Assembly (NCBI GenBank): GCA_964035575.1
Contig: OZ037844.1
Coordinates: 1,364,001-1,428,000, forward strand
From: Rhynchopus sp. YZ270_cl-10
Taxonomy: Eukaryota
DNA length: 64,000 nucleotides
Direction: 5' to 3'
Position 1 is the stretch's first letter. Each line of letters starts with the position of its first letter. Below the pieces are notes generated by a model. It made no database searches and was not told the origin of the DNA. It worked only from the letters and a program-made list of their open reading frames with translations. Positions 24,721 to 33,183 of the stretch are shown here, piece after piece. Both the position numbers and the translations under genes were made by a program.

Positions 24721-25890
24721 CTGAGGACCCCAAGGTTGATGATGATGCTGAGCATCACGACTCTGACATCAGTGAAGGCTCTTGGGACTAAACGCATACA
24801 GTCTTGTCCGTACCCATTTCTCCCACACAAGTCACCACCCCCTTGTGACTTGCCTGTAACAGTGGAAACGTTTCCCTCCCAGCCGCAAACCCGTTCAGTG
24901 TATCGTGAGCCACTGCAGTGACCCACTCACGCTCGACCCTGTCCCTCCTTGTAAACAGTTCGCCTTCTCCTACGTTGTGCTAAGGAAAACCAAAAAACAT
25001 GCTCAAAAATGATGGGCACGGGGGTCAGACTCCACTTCTGACCACTTAAAATTAGGTCATACACGTGTTATACCCCAAACTGACCAAGAAATTTTCCCAG
25101 TGTTCGATGGTGATCGAATTAAATCGGTGGTAAAAAGTGAAAAATGGGGCATGCCAGGCCCACGTCAATCAGCCTAAAAATGTTGCAACTTTAAACGCGC
25201 GTCTCTCCCGTACACCAATATACACTTTTTAACACATACAGTACAGCAAGGGAAAACCAAGGGATTTTACCCTGTGTTCTCCTTGTTACTGGCTGCACTA
25301 ACCTAATCATCAAAACTGCTCGATTTTGGCTTTATCTAAAAGATCGACATCAATTCTTACGAAATATAATTTATTTTACGATTTTGAGTAGAATTCTGTT
25401 TGCAGGGCGAAGTCACGAGGCAGGGGGTGATTTTGGGGGTGAGCGCCAAAAAAAGTCCTTTTCCTAGGGTTGACCCACCTCCCTCCAGCATCCAACGATA
25501 TGACATTTTCACGAAAGTTGTCGATTCTTGCCTTATTATTGTCACACAGAAAAAAAATGTTTTTACGAAAATGAGTAGAACCCCATTACCCCTACCAACG
25601 TGTGGCATTCGTGCGCCACTATAGTGGCACTTGCCATGGGTAAAAACGGTTTTCTGGTTTTAGTGCCTCGCTGGCGACATCCGTTGGGGGGGATTCTGGT
25701 GTGAGAATGTTCTCGATTTTTGCTTTATTTGAAAGATTCGCCACAAAATCGTTTCAAGGAAAAGAGTCGGTCAAAAATTCCAAGTAGAACCCAGAAACTC
25801 TCCCTTGCCACCCATTTCACGCCCATGCCCCTTGTACTACTAGGGGAAAAAAAAAAAACGATCGTGAAAAAAAAAAACGATCGTGAAAAA

Positions 25891-27549
25891 ATAACTAATT
25901 ATTAGCGTGAAATAAAGTGCACTTTTTTTCACGCCCACGTAATTTTGGCTCACGAGTGAGAGTTTATTGCCCGAGCCGCAGGCGAGGGCAATAATAGAGC
26001 ACGAGTGAGACAAAATACGTGGAAGTGAAAAAACGCACTTTATTTCAAACTAATACGTAGTTTTGTTTTACAAGTGAAAATGATATTTTTGCTGGGATCC
26101 TTCACAAACGAGACGTAAAATAGAGTGATTTTATGAACAAAATGTGGGTACCTGTAAGTGAGAGTGTGAATGAGAGTAGGGGAACATGTGAACATCAATC
26201 AAAAGCAGGGAAGGGGTTACTTTTTTTGATATATGCCTCCTATGACTGGTACTAATTACAAGATGTCACCACTCATCTCGCCTGTAGGGGGGGGGCAGGT
26301 GTATAGAGCATCACAGAAGGGGGGTTTTTTTTTTTGCACTCATGATCATGGTTTGTTCTGTTGCACATTGATGTTAATCTTGACTTCTTGTGGCGTCTGA
26401 GTTGGGGGACTGTTGTTCTGTGTCAACAGCTGTGACATCGCAACTTGACCGGCCTGTGTGACTTCGGTGTACCTTTGTGGCATTGCCTGACTGACCCACC
26501 CATAGTGGCGTTGCATCTGTACAATAGATGCTCCTGCCTCAGCGGCTTGAGTCGCAGAAGACCTGCGGAAGCTGTGCCCAGTGTACGAACCGTCCAGCGC
26601 AAGCACCCTCGCGACTTCTGCAGGTATGCCGTACATTTTGTTGATGCCAAGAGGTTGCACACGAAAGGTCCCAGTAGTAGTTCTGTCAGCTGTCGTCTTA
26701 GTTCCAGTGATGAAGAAGCGACCCTCCTGTGAAACTGGTGAGCGCCGGTTCAGGTACTCCTCCACCACACAAAAGTAGATGCTGTCTCTTGGTACCACAA
26801 ACCTCCCACGCTCCATGTCGGCCTTTTTCACCTTAGCACAGTGCTGGTACGTGAAGAGGTATCCCACTGGTGATTCCTGATAATTTGTCATCTCAAGCAT
26901 CAGTGCTTCTGTGCATCTCATTCCCGACAGAAAACACACCGCGACGTAAGCCTTGCGGACACACCAGTAGCAGTCGCTCAACTCGCTCATCTTGAGAAAC
27001 ATCTCCACTTCTCCCTTCGAAAACGTCTTGCTCTTCTTCGTCGATTCGTCACTTCCCCAGGTCTTCAGCAACAGCCCGATGCGGTGGTACTCCTTTAGTG
27101 AAAAGTCGAACTCCGTCTTGAACATAAAGTTGAGCTTAGAGTAGCACGACCATAATGAGCTGGCTTTGTAGCTGCGTTCTTCGCGCAGGTGTGTCAAGTA
27201 AGAGACCACATGTTCTTCTCTTGGCTGCTTCCGCCCCGTGATTTTATTGTGTTGTAAAAACTTATTCCACTCCGTTTTGTATGCAGTGCTTGACTTCAAC
27301 CCTGCCAGAAGCTCGGTCTCATACAGATCCTCCATAGCCTCCTTCTTCTTGGTCCTTGGCATGATTTGTAGGGTGGAGTGTGTGGTTTTGTGACTGACAG
27401 AAAACAGTGAAACTTTTTTTCACGCCAGTGAAACTTTTTTTCACGCCTCCAGCGAAATTACTAAGAGCAAGCGTGAAAAAAAGCTCACTTTATTTCACGC
27501 CCCGTTTGTGAAGGATCCCAGCAAAAAGTCATTTTCACATGTGATATAA
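25891..27549 (-). mobile_element. Crypton-like tyrosine-recombinase DNA transposon (CryptonI-like), apparently intact
   Basis: Single YR ORF, no reverse transcriptase; ATAA direct repeat at 25891-25894 and 27546-27549; interrupts the subterminal repeat array of the host element; subterminal inverted repeats and a long hairpin. Confidence 0.8.
26346..27362 (-). CDS. Tyrosine recombinase (phage-integrase family), 338 aa
   Basis: Catalytic signature R (LSGMR), K (AKVKK), HxxR (YTGHSFRRSSAT), W (RHYGW), Y (PQRY); YKASSLWSCYS, KKSKTFSK and PLGIN resemble CryptonI-type recombinases as recalled, not searched. Confidence 0.92.
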   Translation of the reverse strand: MPRTKKKEAMEDLYETELLAGLKSSTAYKTEWNKFLQHNKITGRKQPREEHVVSYLTHLREERSYKASSLWSCYSKLNFMFKTEFDFSLKEYHRIGLLLKTWGSDESTKKSKTFSKGEVEMFLKMSELSDCYWCVRKAYVAVCFLSGMRCTEALMLEMTNYQESPVGYLFTYQHCAKVKKADMERGRFVVPRDSIYFCVVEEYLNRRSPVSQEGRFFITGTKTTADRTTTGTFRVQPLGINKMYGIPAEVARVLALDGSYTGHSFRRSSATQAAEAGASIVQMQRHYGWVSQAMPQRYTEVTQAGQVAMSQLLTQNNSPPTQTPQEVKININVQQNKP

Positions 27550-28849
27550 AAAAAAAAAATGTCAAGATCTTGAAAAAAAGTTCAAGATCTTGAAAAAAAC
27601 CGTCACGATCGTTCTCACACTATGAAAAAAAAATTTTTTTTTTTTTTTCACAAGTGTTTTTGAGGCCTGCTCACTACACCCTAGGCACCCTTCTGAGACC
27701 AAAAAGTCAAAAAAAGCATGAATTGGGCTGTTTTGAGCATCTAGAGTTTATTCCCCAGCCATTTTCTGTACCACCAGTGCATTTTGTATGGGCCAGCGCC
27801 TTGTCGAAAAATCGAAAAATCTCAAAAAAAAAAAAAATTTTTTTTCGGGAAAATTTCGACCACTGAGGTGGGTCTTTGGGCACCAAAAAATGCAAAAAAA
27901 ATGCAAAAATCGGGTGTTTTGACCATCTGTGGTTACACAAAACACACTTCTGTGTACAAGCCTACACCAATACAGTGGTAATACAAGGCGATTTTTGACC
28001 AAAAAAAAAATTTTTTTTTCGCCCAAAATCGGGCGTGGTACGTCATAAAATGGCCCAAAAAATCCAAGGAAAACCTTCGATTGGGCAAATTATGAAAAAA
28101 TTTCAAGTCAAATTTTCAACCAAAATACGGTCATTTTGTTCACACAGTGATTCTACGTCATGCTAGCTTCCTGTGCAGAACTCCAGCAATTCACTAATGC
28201 CGGCATCTATCTTTCCATTATCGCCATTGCACTTCGTTCACGCCATTGCACTTCGGTCATTTTGTGCATACCCTGTGACTGTGGTGGCTAGAGAACACGC
28301 ACATGCAGACCCGTTCCTTGCAATTTCCAGTGTTGTGTTTATCAATGCATGCATCCAGAGGACCTCTGGTTTACGAAATCGTAGGCACTCCTGTGCAAAA
28401 ATGAAGTCGGTTTTTGACCCAAAATCGGGGTGGGTGGGCCATAATTTGCTCCAAATTTGGCCGAAAATTGGGATTTTTCTGAAAATTTTCATTGTGCCCA
28501 GCAAAAATCCTTGATTTTTTGAAGAATTTTCCAAAAAATATGCTATACCCCCTATGACTGGACCCAACTCCCCTCACCCTTTTTTTCCCCTAAAAAAGCC
28601 CCCAAAATTCCTACCATTTTTACCATTTTTGACCAATTTAGGGTACCTCCTAACGCCTCTCTTTTTTTCCAATGTCAACAGAGTTCACTGTTTGCTTCTT
28701 CGCCAACCTCTGTACGTCTAATCTAGATCACAAGGTAATTCTTTCATTTGTGGTGAGACTTCCCTCCCAGGCTTCGCGCTAACTTTTGGAAAAAAATCTG
28801 AAAAATCGTGTTTCGGGACCAAAAAAACGCACCTCAAATAGTTGTGCGT

Positions 28850-29230
28850 CAGGGGGTGGAAAACAGTGTTTTGTGGCATTTCCGAGCCAATCCCGCGTTG
28901 TGGTGGGGCATATTCGGAAAAATGGACAAAATTTTAGTGACTTAAATTTTCACAAAATATGAACCCATACTCTTAACAAGGGGCATTTTCAGGTCTGAAA
29001 ACCCAAATTCAGATGAAATTGTGGTGTTTTGACTGGGAACAGGTAGCGCCGCAGGCGCACGGTACCCAACTTTTGTCTTTTTATTTTTTCCTCTTCTCTG
29101 CTTTCTTTTGATTGCACGAGCCGAATGCTCTCCACGGTGGGGTCACATGTGTGCGCAAAAACACTCTAAAGTACTCTTACTCTGAACTATGAGATTCCTC
29201 TGGTTTTAGTAAGGAAACCCCTGTTTGCAA
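28850..29230 (+). repeat. Internal fragment of the 15982-17156 hAT-like element
   Basis: Collinear with about 16072-16460. Confidence 0.75.
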
Positions 29231-30234
29231 AAAGTGCGTAAATTTCGTGTGGCTTTTTCCCGCCAAGAGGTCGTTTTGTTGCATTTCCGAACCAATCCCG
29301 GATTGGGATGTACGGAAAAATGGACAAAAATGCAGCGACTTAAAATTTGACAAAACATGAGCCCATATTCGTAAACAAGGGTTATTTTCAGGTCTGAAAA
29401 CCCAACGTACTGAAGATCCCGCTAAAAGGCGTTGAATAAATAGTTATTTTTTTTTGTTCGTGTCTGTTTCTGTGTTCGCCACGTTTTGCCACCAAGATGT
29501 GCCAAGCATAGGTGACCCGTTTTCCCCTTTCCCCCCTCACGAGGTGTGACCCAGATCGCAAAGCAAAACTTTGCACTGTTGAGCACAAGCAAAGACACAA
29601 AGCTTGGATCTGGTGAGTGCAGGTGGCTCCGTGCCAGACCACAGAGTTCCGCACTGTTCATGATGCCTCTCAAGCAAAGCACCCAAAGTATTTATTGGGA
29701 GAACCAGTGCCTGCGTCCGCCGACGAACGGTGAGGCGTTTGCACTTTCAACTTCTCTTTATTGATGGTCAATACAATGCACATCAGCCATAGGAAGAAAG
29801 AGGGGAAAAGCTGTTCATTTGTGTTACTAGGCTAGTTGACGTCACGGACATTCGGGTTTGGGAGGGTATGGGACGGTATGGGAGTGGTATGGGAGGATTT
29901 TTGGAGGTTTGGGAGTGGTTTGGGGGTCGTGCATGTACTTAGGGTAGCTCGACTTTTTTTTCGTTTCCCGCTCGCTGACCCTGAAAAAAAATTCCGCGCG
30001 CGCGCAAAAAAAAAAATTTTTCCTGAAAAAAAGTTGACAAAAAAGTTGTGGGAACAGGGTGATCCTGTGGGTTTTTTATATAAAATCGCCTCAGGGACCC
30101 CAAAAACGGGTGACCCAAAACACAGTTTTTTGTCACGTGAAGACAGCAGCAGCCTTCTTTGTCCCTCCTCCCCACCTCACAACCCACGCATAAAAAGGAA
30201 AACCACAACACACATCAACGAGAAGTTCAAAACC

Positions 30235-31980
30235 ATGTCGAAGCGACACACAGACAGCACACCTGACGAGAAGGCACCAAAGAGAAGAAAGCTTTCAGAC
30301 TCGGTCTTGGTGGAGGCTGCCAGGAACGGCGACACGACTGCCGTGCGGGTGGGACTTGAGAAGCTCAGCCCGGACACAGACAGCAAAACGGTTGCCTTCG
30401 ATGCTGTGCACGAGGCATGCAGAGGGAACCACGATGAATGCCTCGCACTGCTTCTTCCGTATGTTGAGACAACGCAGATGGGCTTCGGGATGCTGCTGAG
30501 TGAGTGCATCCACGCAGACCACACTGCGTGCACGGAGGTCCTCTTGCAGCATTGGAAGTCAGTCTGCAGCAACGTTGCGTTTGTCCCACACGGGAGCAAC
30601 ACGAAAGGAAAGAAACCTCGTCCCTGTCCAGCCATGTGGGAGGACCCTGCAGTGTGTCAGGTGCTCATTGATGCAGGGGCAGACATCGAGACAAAGGACG
30701 AGAGGGGATGTTCACCTCTGCTCAGGGCAAGCATTTCAGGCAAGTCCGCCATTGTGAAGATGTTGGTGGAAGCAGGTGCGGACGTGTGTGTTACAGACAG
30801 CAAAGGACTCACGTGTCTTATGCTTGCTCTCATTGCTTCACGTTTTGGACACACCGAGACTGTGCGCTATCTTGTGGGCTTGAAGGAGGTGGACGTGAAT
30901 CATGAACACATCAACGGCTACACTGCGTTGCACTTCGAAGTGCAGAACGGACATTGCCATGTGGTGCAGGTGCTCATTGATGCAGGGGCAGACATCGAGG
31001 CAAAGGACGAGGAGGGACGTTCTGCTGTGTTCAGGGCGAGCATTTCAGGCAAGTGCGCTGTTGTGAAGATGTTGGTCGAAGCAGGTGCGGACGTGCGTGT
31101 CACAGACAACAAGGGAAACACGTGTCTTCACTTTGCAGCACGTTTTGGACACACCGAGATTGTGCGCTATCTTGTGGACTTGCCAGAGGTGGATGTGAAT
31201 CACGCAGATGACGTCACATCAACTGCGTTGCACTGCGCAGCACGTCAGAAGCATCCCGATGTGGTGAAGGTGCTGATTGATGCAGGGGCAGACATCGAGG
31301 CACAGGACGACGACGGATATTCACCTCTATTCTTGCCGAGCATTTCAGGGGGAGTCGATACTGTGAAGGTGTTGCTGAGAGCAGGCGCAGACGTACGTGT
31401 CACAGACGACACAGGTAACACATGTCTTATGTTTGCAGCACATCATGGCCACATCGAGACCGTGCGCACTCTTCTGTGCATGCCTGAGGTGGGTTTAGAT
31501 AACCCAGGAGAACACGGCTCCACTGCGTTGCACGACGCAGCATGTCAGGGACATCCCGATGTGCTGCAGGCACTGCTTGATGCAGGGGCAGACATCGAGG
31601 CAAAGGACGCGGAGGGGAGGTCGGCGCTACTCGTGGCGAGCAGCGTAGGTGAAGTTAAATCTGCGAAGGTGTTGGTCGAAGCAGGTGCAGAAGTGTGTGC
31701 CACAGACGACGAAGGAAACACGTGTCTTATCATTGCGGCAGTGTTTGGACAGATCGATATTGTGCGCTATCTTTTGAGCTTGCCAGATGTGGATGTGCAT
31801 GACAGAGACGCTGAAGGAGACACTGCGTTACACTTAGCTGCACATCACAAGCTTCCGGATATGGTGAAGCTTCTGTTGGAGCACGGTGCGGATAAGTCGT
31901 TGTGCAATGAGGCAGGGGAGACGGCACTTGATAATGCAGCAGCAGGTGGGTGTCGTGAGTGTTGTCGGCTCTTGAGCTGA
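30235..31980 (+). CDS. Ankyrin-repeat protein, paralog 4 (581 aa)
   Basis: Constant N-terminus; 3' half and downstream region nearly identical to paralog 1. Confidence 0.92.
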   Translation: MSKRHTDSTPDEKAPKRRKLSDSVLVEAARNGDTTAVRVGLEKLSPDTDSKTVAFDAVHEACRGNHDECLALLLPYVETTQMGFGMLLSECIHADHTACTEVLLQHWKSVCSNVAFVPHGSNTKGKKPRPCPAMWEDPAVCQVLIDAGADIETKDERGCSPLLRASISGKSAIVKMLVEAGADVCVTDSKGLTCLMLALIASRFGHTETVRYLVGLKEVDVNHEHINGYTALHFEVQNGHCHVVQVLIDAGADIEAKDEEGRSAVFRASISGKCAVVKMLVEAGADVRVTDNKGNTCLHFAARFGHTEIVRYLVDLPEVDVNHADDVTSTALHCAARQKHPDVVKVLIDAGADIEAQDDDGYSPLFLPSISGGVDTVKVLLRAGADVRVTDDTGNTCLMFAAHHGHIETVRTLLCMPEVGLDNPGEHGSTALHDAACQGHPDVLQALLDAGADIEAKDAEGRSALLVASSVGEVKSAKVLVEAGAEVCATDDEGNTCLIIAAVFGQIDIVRYLLSLPDVDVHDRDAEGDTALHLAAHHKLPDMVKLLLEHGADKSLCNEAGETALDNAAAGGCRECCRLLS

Positions 31981-32107
31981 ACCATTTGGGTTTCTTTATC
32001 CATCTGCCTGTGACGAGAACTATCTAACCATCTACAAGCAGCGCCGATGCACTCTGAGTTTGCACTTTCAACTTCTCTTTGTTATGTCTTTGCTCACTGT
32101 GCCTCCT

Positions 32108-32272
32108 TCTCTTGCGGGCTTGAAGGATGTGGATGTGCATCACGCAGCTAATGGGGGCGAGACTGCGTTGCACGTCGCATCACGCAGACATGGACATCGT
32201 GTGGCGCAGATTCTTCTCGAGCACTATACGAACGCGTCTGAGGTGACCGCAGTGGCAAGACAGCCGTCCTGA
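32108..32272 (+). pseudogene. Orphan ankyrin-repeat fragment downstream of paralog 4
   Basis: Duplicate of 7096-7263. Confidence 0.6.
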
Positions 32273-33183
32273 TTGTCTGTGGCTCTTGAGCAAAGACACA
32301 AAGCTTGGATCTGGTGAATGCAGGTGGCTCCGTGCCAGACCACAGAGTTCCGCACTGTTCATGATGCCTCTCAAGCAAAGCACCCAAAGTATTTATTGGG
32401 AGAACCAGTGCCTGCGTCCGCCGACGAACGGTGAGGCGTTTGCACTTTCAACTTCTCTTTTTTGATGGTCAATACAATGCACATCAGCCATAGGAAGAAA
32501 GAGGGGAAAAGCTGTTCATTTGTGTTACATCCAAATCACCTCATTTCCCATAACCTTCTTTCACCTCCATCCTCACCACTCTCACCACCACCATCACCAC
32601 GTATGCACTCGCGCCAATGTATGGGTCGCGGCACTTCTTTCGCACCCACACACATTTGTTGTGCAGAGGTGTTCTCAACCCTCGTGTATGGCCAGCCTCT
32701 CCAGAATCCTCTCCTTCGCAATCCTCGTCTACGCCCTTCTCTTTGGCAGGTGTAATGAGTTCCTGCGTCGCTGTCGTCTTTCTCTGGTACATAGTACTTA
32801 CTACTCGCTTCTGTCTGGGAACAGTGATTGCAACTGGGCCCTTATTGCGGAACAGAACTCCAAGCACCACAGATATTTTCACAAACCCCAACATAGTCAT
32901 TGTATCGTTGTGGCTGTGTCGTTTTGCATTGTCAACCTCGCTGTGCATGTGGCAGCTACCTCACACCTTTATTGTTTGTGACAGCAACCCACTTTAATAA
33001 GGCACGTGAAATGCACATCATATCATGTACGTTCAGCATTACATCATGTAGATTCGTGTCATTGATGTGCACTTTGGTACACGTGCTGATAGCAGCAGCC
33101 TTCTTTGTCCCTCGTCCCCACACACCTCACAACCCCCGCATAAAAGGAAAACCACAACACACATTAACGAGAAGTTCAAAACC

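Larger units (their letters stand above)
22399..27624. mobile_element. TIR element with CATAG...CTATG termini (P-like), nested in the Harbinger-like element
   Basis: TIR CATAG(G/T)GTGA(A/G)AACGATCGT, ACGATCGT/AAGATCTT subterminal repeats at both ends, inserted in an A-run (poly-A TSD). Confidence 0.75.
22137..28650. mobile_element. PIF/Harbinger-like non-autonomous element (about 1.3 kb net of nested inserts)
   Basis: 13-bp TIR GGAGGTACCCTAA with TAA on both flanks (22134-22136, 28651-28653); an alternative partial partner at 22272-22284 makes the pairing less certain. Confidence 0.6.
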
